Shown here in pieces: positions 47,085 to 56,174 of a DNA stretch of 64,000 bases. Position 1 is the stretch's first letter; every line of letters starts with the position of its first letter. The notes below the pieces were generated by a model, which saw nothing but the letters and a program-made list of their open reading frames with translations, did no database searches and was not told where the DNA came from. Origin of the DNA: a virus (taxonomy: Duplodnaviria; Caudoviricetes); IMG/VR virus record IMGVR_UViG_3300037807_000296, positions 1,295-65,294 of that record. One strand, written 5' to 3'. The position numbers were made by a program, and so were the translations under genes.

Positions 47085-47159
47085 GGGCCTTTAGCTTAAA
47101 GGTAAAGCACTCCACTCATAATGGATTGAGTCTAGGTTCGATTCCTGGAAGGCCCACCA
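47085..47159 (+). tRNA. tRNA-Ile2 or Met (CAT)
   Basis: Canonical cloverleaf GGGCCTT/AAGGCCC, loop CTCATAA. Confidence 0.88.
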
Positions 47160-47170
47160 TGTTACATAAT

Positions 47171-47242
47171 GCCCTTGTAGTCTAATGGAAAGGCTACAGT
47201 CTTCGAAACTGTTATATAGAGGTTCGAATCCTCTCAAGGGTA
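47171..47242 (+). tRNA. tRNA-Arg(TCG)
   Basis: ACAGT-CTTCGAA-ACTGT; followed by CTA rather than CCA. Confidence 0.85.
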
Positions 47243-47249
47243 CTAAATT

Positions 47250-47342
47250 GGAAGTCCCATCCGATGGTTGGCGACGGATGCTGTCTTGAAAACAGTTAGC
47301 TCTGAAACGGGCGTTAGGGTTCGATCCCCTAGGCTTCCGCCA
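47250..47342 (+). tRNA. tRNA-Ser(TGA)
   Basis: Long variable arm, loop CTTGAAA, GCCA. Confidence 0.9.
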
Positions 47343-47479
47343 TTTTATATACAGTTGAATAGTTATTCGCTATTGACTTTCATTATTTTATATGGTATAC
47401 TAAAGTTAAATACTATTTCATGAAATGTTATAGTGTAATATTAATAACTGTGGTAATTAATTTCAGGAGAAATGTAGAT

Positions 47480-47737
47480 ATGACAGAAGCAGAATACGAT
47501 TTATTTGAACAGTTAACGGTAGTTGATGATCAACAAGCTAAACGAATTACTGAATTAGAAGCTAGATTGGAAGAATTAGAGAATAATAACAATATACCTC
47601 TGTATTATCCGACTCCACCAACTTTTAAATCTGAATCCCCAGTGTGCAATCTATGTGGAATGGATTTTAACGGCACTACTGGATATGTATGTACTAATAT
47701 GAATTGTCCAATGGGTCGTGGGCCAATAATATCCTAA
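47480..47737 (+). CDS. Coiled-coil plus CxxC/CxxxxC protein
   Basis: SD AGGAG before ATG 47480. Confidence 0.55.
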   Translation: MTEAEYDLFEQLTVVDDQQAKRITELEARLEELENNNNIPLYYPTPPTFKSESPVCNLCGMDFNGTTGYVCTNMNCPMGRGPIIS

Positions 47738-47752
47738 CAATAGAGAAATAAA

Positions 47753-48193
47753 ATGAAAATACAAAATGTTTCATATGCTGATATTGTTACAGGAGTTCAC
47801 GTGAATCCAGGAACAAACTCAATGCTTATACAGATTGTTGATCCTGGTATGGAATTTCCGTTGCCTAATCATCAGTTCAAAAGTATGCATCAGTTTGAAT
47901 TTACAGATGTTGAATGTTCTGATGATGTTGGTTGGGAGTCTAGAATAACAAAAGCACAAACACGAGACATCGCAAATTTAATTAGAAAAGCGAAGCACGG
48001 TGATATGAATATAGTAGTTCATTGTGTTGCAGGCGTATGCCGTTCTGGTGCTGTGGTTGAAGTAGCAACGATGGCAGGTTTTGATGATATTCCTGGAATA
48101 TTCAGACTTCCAAATATATATGTTAAAAGGATGTTGATGGAAGAATTTGGATATTATGTAACAAAATCTGACTTTGATAATATATTTAAATAA
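47753..48193 (+). CDS. Cys-based (CX5R) phosphatase
   Basis: VHCVAGVCRS active-site loop. Confidence 0.85.
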   Translation: MKIQNVSYADIVTGVHVNPGTNSMLIQIVDPGMEFPLPNHQFKSMHQFEFTDVECSDDVGWESRITKAQTRDIANLIRKAKHGDMNIVVHCVAGVCRSGAVVEVATMAGFDDIPGIFRLPNIYVKRMLMEEFGYYVTKSDFDNIFK

Positions 48194-48197
48194 CATT

Positions 48198-48271
48198 TCT
48201 CCTGTCGTCTAATGGTCGGACAATAGACTTTGAATCTGTTTATGAAGGTTCGAATCCTTCCAGGAGATCCA
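48198..48271 (+). tRNA. tRNA-Gln(TTG)
   Basis: TCTCCTG/CAGGAGA, loop CTTTGAA, CCA. Confidence 0.9.
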
Positions 48272-48277
48272 ATTAAT

Positions 48278-48355
48278 GCACATGTACCAAAGTGGTTTAA
48301 TGGAACAGATTGCAAATCTGTATAGTCGTTGGTTCGAATCCAATCATGTGCTCCA
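48278..48355 (+). tRNA. tRNA-Cys(GCA)
   Basis: GCACATG/CATGTGC, loop TTGCAAA, TCCA. Confidence 0.92.
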
Positions 48356-48408
48356 AACATCTAGAATTTAATTTAACATTTTATTTAAATTCAAAGAGTT
48401 AAATGAGT

Positions 48409-48471
48409 AAATAACTGTTGACTTTTTCTTCAAATCCTGTATAATAGACCTTACTAAAGCAAGAAAGGAAA
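48409..48471 (+). promoter_or_regulatory. Early promoter/leader cassette, copy 2
   Basis: Near-identical to 44711-44774. Confidence 0.8.
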
Positions 48472-48476
48472 CTAAA

Positions 48477-48671
48477 ATGAATATAATATACGAAGAGATG
48501 TTACATAATATTAAAGAGCATATTGATATTAATTATGACTCAACGGAAGTTGATCCAGAAACTGCGTATGATTTAATTAGAGGAGTTGCTATTGCTATAG
48601 CAATGGATCAAGATGATATTTATGATGATTACATTGAATTGTGTAAAGAGGAGAATTGTTACAATGATTAA
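48477..48671 (+). CDS. Small acidic early protein
   Basis: Directly after promoter and SD AAGGA. Confidence 0.55.
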   Translation: MNIIYEEMLHNIKEHIDINYDSTEVDPETAYDLIRGVAIAIAMDQDDIYDDYIELCKEENCYND

Positions 48672-48852
48672 ATTTTTTGATGAACGTGATTTTAGAGAAA
48701 TGTTAGGTCCAGAGGTGGTTAGAAAATTAACAATCACTGGTACTGATGTATCAGAGTTGTACGAGTCTTTTAGAGAATGTAAACACTCTCCAGTGAGTAT
48801 GGATTATCATAATCTAAGCTTAGTTTTCAGATTGTTGGAACCAGAAGAATAA
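48664..48852 (+). CDS. Hypothetical protein
   Basis: SD GAGGAG before ATG 48664. Confidence 0.5.
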   Translation: MIKFFDERDFREMLGPEVVRKLTITGTDVSELYESFRECKHSPVSMDYHNLSLVFRLLEPEE

Positions 48853-49071
48853 TTAAATAGGAGAAGTAAAATGAATGAAGTAAAAAATTACAATTACAAT
48901 TATAATAATGTTGGTTGGGTTATTGTTTTTTTGGTGTTATTATTTCAAAATTTTGAAGATAGTAATGGAGTGGAGACAGAAAAAGATTTATACGACCATA
49001 TCTATCTAATCGTGGATAATACAGTGACAGGTAAGTAATATGATAACGGAGTTATCGATATATCCGCTGAT

Positions 49072-49254
49072 ATGCGCCTAATGAAAGAAGAGCATCCAAA
49101 ATTTGAATTTGAGGGTAATGCTAAGAAAGTGGATATTGAAGTATTGCTATGGAACGCTATTGCTATAGCTGATAACTTGTCTATTGCTGATGGTATTTCT
49201 TTTATGAGAGAAGTTATTATTATTGCATCAGCATATGCTCACAATAAAAAATAA
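49072..49254 (+). CDS. Hypothetical protein
   Basis: 60-aa ORF; start uncertain. Confidence 0.4.
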   Translation: MRLMKEEHPKFEFEGNAKKVDIEVLLWNAIAIADNLSIADGISFMREVIIIASAYAHNKK

Positions 49255-49275
49255 ATTTATTAAAAAAGGTAAAAT

Positions 49276-49458
49276 ATGAAATTACTAATTAAACGGCTGT
49301 TAACACCTATATTATTTTTAGGATTTCCTTTCTTCTTTGTTATAAAGTGGTTATTCTGGGATGAATTTGATTCTAAATTTTATAAAGATCCTTGGGAATG
49401 TACTTGGTATACGTTTTTAATGGTTAGTGGATGGAAAAGTGACAGTTGTATATTATAG
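49276..49458 (+). CDS. Small membrane protein
   Basis: SD AAGG, hydrophobic N-terminus. Confidence 0.5.
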   Translation: MKLLIKRLLTPILFLGFPFFFVIKWLFWDEFDSKFYKDPWECTWYTFLMVSGWKSDSCIL

Positions 49459-50130
49459 ATTAGTAGATGAATGTGAAGATAGTTACTACAAGCTGGAAAC
49501 ACTGTGAGATGTTACATCTCAACAAGATTATATTGCAGGAGACTCTGCTGAAAATTACTTTAAGTATTACGATGGCATTGAACATACTGAAGCAGGTGAT
49601 AGCTTATTAATTTCACTGCATACTGCAAAAACTGAGGAATCGGAGATAGGAATGTTAATATGTTCAGTAAGTCTAGCTACACTTGTTTTAGTATATTATT
49701 TGTCCTTGTAAATTCCCTTCATAACCATTGAAGTAAAATAGTGGTCTGATCTTAGAGTATAAGGTGCTTAGCGAGGATAATGACGTTACGGTTTATCTAC
49801 GATAATTGATACGAGCAGAGCATACTGCTATGTTAGTAAATAAAACACTCACGCTATCTCATCTAATTGGAACTAGGTGGTGGAAAACCTTAATGGTTTG
49901 AAGTAGCCTTGTTATGCTATACGATAGATAGTTCGAATCTATCCGGGGGAAAGGGCACGCGAATAAGACCCTGTGCCCCGAGGTCATAAGGGGTCAATGC
50001 GACAATGACATGTATAGTATTTGACTCCCTGAGTGTGTGGTCACAAATGCATATTGGCGGTTCAATTCCGTTGCAGGGAGGCGCATTTGAAGTATTAAGC
50101 ATGTTAACTTGTTACTGGAGGAGAATATCA

Positions 50131-50466
50131 ATGACATATGATGTTAAATATAACTCGATTGATGAAAACAGTCAAATAGAAGTTTTAAGGGTGTATATAG
50201 ATATTGAATTCTTATCTGATGTACCAGTGATAATAAATATAATAGACGAGTCTGGTAAAAAATATGGTTCATTAAGTCATATTAACCATCCTAGTTTTGA
50301 AGCAACTAGAACTCTACTAGAGGAAAAAGGATATTTGCTAGTAGAAAGGGGATGGTGTAATGGTGATGTAATATTAAGAGATTTTTATTTCAATGATAAG
50401 TTACTTAAAGCAGGCACGAGTTTTTATTCAGCAGTTGCTATGGGTATACGCTCTCAGTTTAATTGA
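50131..50466 (+). CDS. Hypothetical protein
   Basis: SD GGAGG before ATG 50131. Confidence 0.6.
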   Translation: MTYDVKYNSIDENSQIEVLRVYIDIEFLSDVPVIINIIDESGKKYGSLSHINHPSFEATRTLLEEKGYLLVERGWCNGDVILRDFYFNDKLLKAGTSFYSAVAMGIRSQFN

Positions 50467-51316
50467 TATCAAATTTCATTAACATTTCGGAACCGACAGA
50501 AGATAATGGATTCATTGCTAAAGCATATCTATTGATGATTCCGATGTTATCTTGCATAGATTTGGAGAATGTGCTTGTTACAATTTCTTGTTGATAAGTT
50601 CCCATTATTAAAGATGAAGAAGCACCGAATTCATCATTTTCCTCTTTAAGTCCTATGAACGCTTTAGTTGCACTAATGTCTGGATTTACATAGTATAGAG
50701 TTTTACCTACACGTCCAACTATTAATCTTTTGCTTCTAGATGTTACATATTCACTTCCTCCAATATACGCATTCAATGCTGATATACTAGCAGCTGCTTT
50801 ATATGGAAGGATAACAAAGGCATCATACGTTCGGAAATTAGGTGTATTCATTTTCATCACTAATTCTTGTACCCTCTGAGTGATCTCGAATAATGATGTT
50901 TCAGAGCTTCCTTTATCTGATAATGTTAAAACTGGTGTAGATAATGAGTTATTATCGAGATAATTTAGTAACGTATAATCTTCATTTGATTCTACTATAC
51001 TCTTCAATAATTTACTTGCATAATTTTGTCCTGTATCTCCATATTGAATAGATATATCTTTAATAGCTTCTGTAGATAAACCAGTTTGTAGTGGGTTAGA
51101 TGTATCGGTATTTACTTGAAGAACACTTTCAACTGCTTCATAAGCATTTGAACCAGTTTGTTTCTTAATGTTTATTATCTTACCACTTGGTAATTTCATT
51201 GGTACTATAGTAGCAATTTCACGCATTAATGATAAAGTTGGAAGCTCCTGAAAATTTGTGATTACATCATTAAAATTATATTGAGCTGCATTGTTTACTA
51301 TTGTATTTTCGTTCAT
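50459..51316 (-). CDS. Short gp23/gp24-like (HK97-fold) capsid protein paralog
   Basis: IATIVPMKLPSGKI and IINRYALAMNPL resemble gp23 motifs; GATAAATA upstream on the minus strand. Confidence 0.65.
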   Translation of the reverse strand: MNENTIVNNAAQYNFNDVITNFQELPTLSLMREIATIVPMKLPSGKIINIKKQTGSNAYEAVESVLQVNTDTSNPLQTGLSTEAIKDISIQYGDTGQNYASKLLKSIVESNEDYTLLNYLDNNSLSTPVLTLSDKGSSETSLFEITQRVQELVMKMNTPNFRTYDAFVILPYKAAASISALNAYIGGSEYVTSRSKRLIVGRVGKTLYYVNPDISATKAFIGLKEENDEFGASSSLIMGTYQQEIVTSTFSKSMQDNIGIINRYALAMNPLSSVGSEMLMKFDIN

Positions 51317-51514
51317 GTTATTCCTTGTTAATATTGATTATATTTATCTATAATATATGTTAAGATAAATTAAAATAATCGTTGACTTTTATCATTATTT
51401 AGAGTATAATATACATATAGAAAAGGTTGTAAATAAATGATAACGCCTAATCAGCAGTAAGTTAATTGCTACCTTACCGAAAGTTAGTTCTAAGTAAATT
51501 GGATAGATTACTAA

Positions 51515-51745
51515 TTGAACAGACTAGTTAGTAGTGTTAAATACATAGAAGATAACGGGTATCAGAGATTCTATCGGATTAATGTTAATAGCGAAAATGT
51601 ATTTGAAGTGTATGAAGGTGGAGACAATAATCTTGGCTGGAATTTCAATGATGTGTACTTGATTCCAACATTAATGCAAATAGCATATCACGCTGGTAAG
51701 AATGGTGAAGAATTCAAGATATCTAATGCTGAAAGTGATAAATAA
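51515..51745 (+). CDS. Hypothetical protein
   Basis: 76-aa ORF downstream of a TTGACT..TATAAT promoter at about 51382. Confidence 0.45.
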   Translation: MNRLVSSVKYIEDNGYQRFYRINVNSENVFEVYEGGDNNLGWNFNDVYLIPTLMQIAYHAGKNGEEFKISNAESDK

Positions 51746-51750
51746 TCAAT

Positions 51751-51821
51751 AGCGAGTTAGTCAAGGACTGGATTGGGTTCATATCCCTTTTAGCATGGAG
51801 CGTTACCATGGCTCGCTACCA
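51751..51821 (+). tRNA. Atypical initiator-like tRNA-Met(CAT)
   Basis: AGCGAGT/GCTCGCT plus ACCA; GGG-TTCATAT-CCC; T-loop AGCGTTA; minimal D loop. Confidence 0.7.
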
Positions 51822-51823
51822 AA

Positions 51824-51967
51824 ATTCAACGTAGACATCTCTAAATGGAATGTTTCTATAGTATGAGTGTTATGTTCAAAGGCAGTAAAATTCCAGCAGA
51901 TTATATTAAGAAACAGTTACCGTACAAAAGAGTAGAGTACGAATATACAAGGATGTTAGATTTATGA
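51824..51967 (+). pseudogene. 3' remnant of a DUF285 paralog
   Basis: Aligns with the 3' end of the downstream gene (GACATCTCTAAATGGAAT...AAAATTCCAGCAGATT...TTAGATTT). Confidence 0.75.
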
Positions 51968-52611
51968 TTAAAATCAGCGACAAGGCACATCTAAAGAGTA
52001 TTATTAATGAAAGATTAGATGATGCAGATTTAAATGATCTTGATGTTTCTAAAGTGACTGATATGGATTCTGTGTTTTATGAGTCTCAATTCAATGGGGA
52101 TATCTCTAAATGGAATGTCTCTAAAGTAACTAATATGAGTTATATGTTCTATAATTCTCAATTCAATGGGGACATCTCTAAATGGAATGTTTCTAAAGTA
52201 ACTGATATGTCTAGTATGTTCCAAGATTCTCAATTCAATGGGGATATATCTAAATGGAATGCTTCTAAAGTGAAAAATATGAGTTATATGTTTTATAATT
52301 CTCCGTTCAACAGGGACATCTCTAAATGGAAGACTTCTAATGTGACTAGTACATACTCAATGTTTATAAATTCTCCGTTCAACGGAGATATCTCTAAATG
52401 GGATACTTCTAAAGTAACTAATATGAGTTATATGTTCTATAATTCTCAATTCAATGGAGATATTTCTAAGTGGAATACTTCTAAAGTGATGTATACAACC
52501 TCTATGTTCAAAGGTAATAAAATTCCAGCAGATTCAATAGAAGATTATATTAAGAAACAACTGCCATTTAAAAGAATCGGTAGGAAATTTATGAAGGTGT
52601 TAGATTTGTAA
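51964..52611 (+). CDS. DUF285/BspA-like repeat protein
   Basis: About seven 22-aa repeats FNGDISKWNVSKVTNMSYMFYNSQ-type. Confidence 0.9.
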   Translation: MIKISDKAHLKSIINERLDDADLNDLDVSKVTDMDSVFYESQFNGDISKWNVSKVTNMSYMFYNSQFNGDISKWNVSKVTDMSSMFQDSQFNGDISKWNASKVKNMSYMFYNSPFNRDISKWKTSNVTSTYSMFINSPFNGDISKWDTSKVTNMSYMFYNSQFNGDISKWNTSKVMYTTSMFKGNKIPADSIEDYIKKQLPFKRIGRKFMKVLDL

Positions 52612-52691
52612 AATAATTATTAAAAATTGATTACCAAACTCCTCTTTTCGTGGTATAATTAAATTACAGACAACATAACGGGAGATATATT

Positions 52692-53258
52692 ATGATACAC
52701 ACTAAACTATTATTAGCGGGAGCGATTACTGCATCATTATCTGGATGTGTAACGAATCCACTAACATCAAATGATTCTGATTTATCTACTATGGGACCAG
52801 AAACACAAGTACCGAGTTGGTACTTAAATTTTCCAGAGGATGATGATGTGATTTATGCATCAGGTACAGGTATCTCAGATGACCTTCAATTCAGTATGAA
52901 AAAGGCTACTCACTCTGCTAAAGTGTCATTAGGAGATAAGATTGCTTCTGATGTAGGTGCTCAGTTCAAATCTTATACTGCTGATAATAGTTCAGGTGGA
53001 CAAGGTCGAACAACATCAGAAAGTGAGAGTGTATCGAAATCTGGATTTAAAGATGTATCGATTCGTGGATATGATATTATAGAGAAGGCTGCATTCAAAG
53101 ACTCAACTGGATTTTATAGAACTTACGTTCTTGTATCTCTATCATTAGATGGTCCTCAATTCACTGAAGGTGATTATAATAAACCACAAGTGATTGAGAT
53201 TAACACTTATAGTGAAGGGGATCATAATAAAGCTTCTGAAGCGTTTAAGAGATTTTAA
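52692..53258 (+). CDS. LPP20-like lipoprotein
   Basis: Lipobox LSGC, PSWY, YASGTG, A...AK..L, YRTYVLV. Confidence 0.75.
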   Translation: MIHTKLLLAGAITASLSGCVTNPLTSNDSDLSTMGPETQVPSWYLNFPEDDDVIYASGTGISDDLQFSMKKATHSAKVSLGDKIASDVGAQFKSYTADNSSGGQGRTTSESESVSKSGFKDVSIRGYDIIEKAAFKDSTGFYRTYVLVSLSLDGPQFTEGDYNKPQVIEINTYSEGDHNKASEAFKRF

Positions 53259-53516
53259 GTGAAAAACGTCATCTTTATGATGTTGGTTGTTGGGAACACA
53301 CCCGTATATTCATTTGGATTCGGGGATGTTGTGATGGAATTAACTTATATCATATCACCTGCTTATAAAGAGTTGTATGGACCTATTGAGGTTGTTAAAT
53401 CACCTAGATCTGATACATCGATTAAAAGTAACGAAATTGAGTATTGTGTTGATAATAAGTGTGTTACAGTATTGAGGGTGGAGACTATAAAAGAAGAACG
53501 AGAGATCATAGAATGA
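53259..53516 (+). CDS. Hypothetical protein
   Basis: GTG start adjacent to the previous stop. Confidence 0.45.
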   Translation: MKNVIFMMLVVGNTPVYSFGFGDVVMELTYIISPAYKELYGPIEVVKSPRSDTSIKSNEIEYCVDNKCVTVLRVETIKEEREIIE

Positions 53517-53802
53517 TCCGAATATCCTGGGCATATGATGTAATCTCCTTGCATCGCTTAGCGCTGGGGGATTATTGTGATCCGCGCCAGCTCTAAATTA
53601 GGTATAATATGTTAAAAATGTGCAATTTTAACGTTTTAAGATAAATAAAGATAGGGATTGATCGGATTCCCTTAAAATAACCGGCAGAATAGATGTTGAG
53701 TTGTATAGTATACTGTCAAAGAACAGATCTTGCAAACTCCTAAAATAGTAAAACAAAGGCCACTTTGGTCATTATTTAATTACAATTCTTAGGAGAATTA
53801 TT

Positions 53803-54086
53803 ATGTTTGGAATTTCCAATCTACAAAGCCCTGTTATGGGTTCTATTGACCGTACAGATACTCGTATGAGTCAAGTTGGTAAAATGTTATCAACTGGTAA
53901 AAATGATTTAAACGCTGCTCAAACGGGTATGGTGACACGTCTTAATGCATCTATTGCTGGATTTGATGCAGCACAAGATAATATTACAAATCTATACACA
54001 TTCTTAACTCTGCTATCAAAACACGTGACTTCAAAAAATTGATGATCGTTCAAAGCACTATAGGCACGTTACTAAACGGATGGTAA
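53803..54086 (+). pseudogene. Flagellin-like gene, internally deleted or frameshifted
   Basis: KMLSTGK..NAAQTGMVTRLNASIAGFDAAQDNI resembles the flagellin N-terminal helix; stops at 54042; out-of-frame tail ends TIGTLLNGW-stop at 54086. Confidence 0.65.
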
Positions 54087-54089
54087 ATA

Positions 54090-54455
54090 ATGGATACTTC
54101 AGTAATACAAACTAACATTTCATCATCAATTTCTATTCCAGGAGCAATGGTACCAGATCGAGATAATTCTAGAGTTATTGAAGTAGATGCATTAGATCTT
54201 AAAGCAACTGAGACTGTTGCTAATGTTACTGAAACTGATATCATTAACGTGAACAAAGCGTTATATAATCAGAATCACTCAGTTCGATTTGAGATGGTTG
54301 AAGATCACTCGGTAATAAAAATAACAGATACTACTACTGATAAAGTCATTCGAGAAATTCCATCCGAAACATCTAGAGCAATTATCGATGCAATCAAAGA
54401 AAAATTAGCTAATAATGAAGATGTTATAGGAACATTAATCAATGAAATTGTCTAA
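54090..54455 (+). CDS. flaG: FlaG-family protein
   Basis: VRFEM....VIKITDTTTDKVIREIPSE; position directly after flagellin. Confidence 0.78.
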   Translation: MDTSVIQTNISSSISIPGAMVPDRDNSRVIEVDALDLKATETVANVTETDIINVNKALYNQNHSVRFEMVEDHSVIKITDTTTDKVIREIPSETSRAIIDAIKEKLANNEDVIGTLINEIV

Positions 54456-54753
54456 GTGTGAATTGTGTGATAGAGATATACCTGATAATGAAATCTCTAT
54501 GCACCATCTGATACCTAAAACATTTAAAGGTAAACGAGATGATTCTAATTTATTAACTTTACATAAAGTGTGTCATATGAAGTTACATTCACTTTTCTCT
54601 GAGAGAGATATGTTACATTTATACAATACTTTGGATATGATTAAAACTGATAAGAATATAGAGAAATTTGTAAAATGGATAATCAAGAAGCCGATTGAAT
54701 TCAATGATAGCAGTAAAGACTCTATATCAAGAAAAGGTAAACGAAGGTATTAA
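54442..54753 (+). CDS. Small HNH endonuclease
   Basis: CELC, HHLIP, NL..LHKVCH. Confidence 0.82.
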   Translation: MKLSKCELCDRDIPDNEISMHHLIPKTFKGKRDDSNLLTLHKVCHMKLHSLFSERDMLHLYNTLDMIKTDKNIEKFVKWIIKKPIEFNDSSKDSISRKGKRRY

Positions 54754-55040
54754 TTGAATTCTTCTGGGTGAATAGGTTGATCTAAAAACAACTTTAACGC
54801 TACTAGAATCTCATGTAATGTAACTTCTTTGAACCACTCACCTTTTAACCGTTTATTTGAGAATTTTTGGTGAAGATATTTTTCCGCTTTTTCAGGTTTG
54901 TAGCGTTCTTCAATGTGAATGACATTGATTTCATGAGCATTACCAGTTTGTAACGATTTCAATCTATTTGTGATATTATTCGTTATTCCTATTTTATAAT
55001 ACCCGTTGCATTCTAATACATATAGTTGATCACTTTTCAT
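54750..55040 (-). CDS. GIY-YIG nuclease (T5orf172/MUG113 type)
   Basis: YKIGIT, RLKSLQTGN, EKYLH, GEWF. Confidence 0.85.
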   Translation of the reverse strand: MKSDQLYVLECNGYYKIGITNNITNRLKSLQTGNAHEINVIHIEERYKPEKAEKYLHQKFSNKRLKGEWFKEVTLHEILVALKLFLDQPIHPEEFN

Positions 55041-55111
55041 ATGTTTATTTATTAGCTATTAACATTATCAGATATTCGTGATATACTATACATTCACGAA
55101 AGGAAAATAAT

Positions 55112-55414
55112 ATGAAATATAGAGATTGTTTTGATGATAACACACTACTCAACCAACTTGAGATTTATAATCTTGAATTTGATGTAAATGATAGAGAATT
55201 TCAGATGAGAATACTTGATGTGTATAACACTTTAATTGATGATATTGTAAAATTAAAAGAATTGGTTGAAATAAATAACGTTGAATCTTATGACAACGGG
55301 TTTTATGATGCAGTCGATAATATGACTAGAGATTTTGATGTAACATTAGCAGGAACTGATTTTGATGATACTGTTATTGAACTTATTGATGATGTTATTA
55401 GCAAGTACAAATGA
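55112..55414 (+). CDS. Acidic hypothetical protein
   Basis: SD AAGGA. Confidence 0.55.
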   Translation: MKYRDCFDDNTLLNQLEIYNLEFDVNDREFQMRILDVYNTLIDDIVKLKELVEINNVESYDNGFYDAVDNMTRDFDVTLAGTDFDDTVIELIDDVISKYK

Positions 55415-55935
55415 ATATTAATGAGCTTGAGGGTTGGTTGGTATCATCATACCTAGATTCAGATGTGGTGTTTTATGATTCACCTGAATCTGAAATAGGG
55501 GTTACTATTATAGGGGGATTTTTTGATGGATCTCAGATGATTTGGGATGATGAACCAGAAATCACATTCGCAGTTTATATAAATCCTGATACATATGAGA
55601 TAACTACACCTCATCACCTTATCGAAGAAGATGCGCATACAACTTATCATCATGAAATGCGTCATGTATATCAATATTCTCGAAAACCTGTTGATATTAT
55701 ACAAAAAGAAATGGGAAGAAGTTTAAAGCAGGGGATTGAGTATAGACAAGATCTTGATGAAATTGATGCATTTGGGTCGGTTGATTTACCTGTATTCATT
55801 CAGATATATGGATGGGATCAAGCTTGGCTTGATGAATTCTCTCCATTGAAACAATATGTAGATATATTTGGTAAAGGAAGTGTGGAGGTTAAACGTTTGA
55901 TTAAAAAAGCAGTTAAAGTTTTGGATAGTGTATGA
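55411..55935 (+). CDS. HExxH zincin-like protein
   Basis: HHEMRHVYQ...Y....DEIDAF. Confidence 0.68.
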   Translation: MNINELEGWLVSSYLDSDVVFYDSPESEIGVTIIGGFFDGSQMIWDDEPEITFAVYINPDTYEITTPHHLIEEDAHTTYHHEMRHVYQYSRKPVDIIQKEMGRSLKQGIEYRQDLDEIDAFGSVDLPVFIQIYGWDQAWLDEFSPLKQYVDIFGKGSVEVKRLIKKAVKVLDSV

Positions 55936-56174
55936 TGGAATTTTTGACATATATTGATATTTTGTTTTTTATTTTAGGTTGTATTATTGGTACAGCTACT
56001 GGTTATATTTTCACAGAATTAGAGAACTGGTATTATAGAATAATGTTTATGGTATTAAGCTCTTTAGTTGGGGGAATTGTAGGTGTTATTTTGTTGTATA
56101 GCTTACTGTTTATTATGATAATGTTGGGTGGTATTATCATTTTTACGATTATTTTGAGTATATTTAATAGATGA
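55932..56174 (+). CDS. Membrane protein
   Basis: Highly hydrophobic. Confidence 0.55.
   Translation: MMEFLTYIDILFFILGCIIGTATGYIFTELENWYYRIMFMVLSSLVGGIVGVILLYSLLFIMIMLGGIIIFTIILSIFNR

Noticed and set aside
47250-47342. Selenocysteine or suppressor tRNA
   Set aside because: Anticodon TGA is an ordinary Ser anticodon with a standard 7-bp acceptor.
51824-52611. Possible DGR template/variable repeat pair
   Set aside because: Differences are not adenine-specific, include indels, and no reverse transcriptase is in the window; better explained as a paralog remnant.
53520-53600. GC-rich hairpin (TAATCTCC/GGGGATTA) as an ncRNA or ribozyme
   Set aside because: No recognisable family motif; too little evidence.
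53690-53775. c-di-GMP-I riboswitch in the flagellin leader
   Set aside because: Only a GCAAAC fragment matches; the stems and tetraloop/receptor could not be built.
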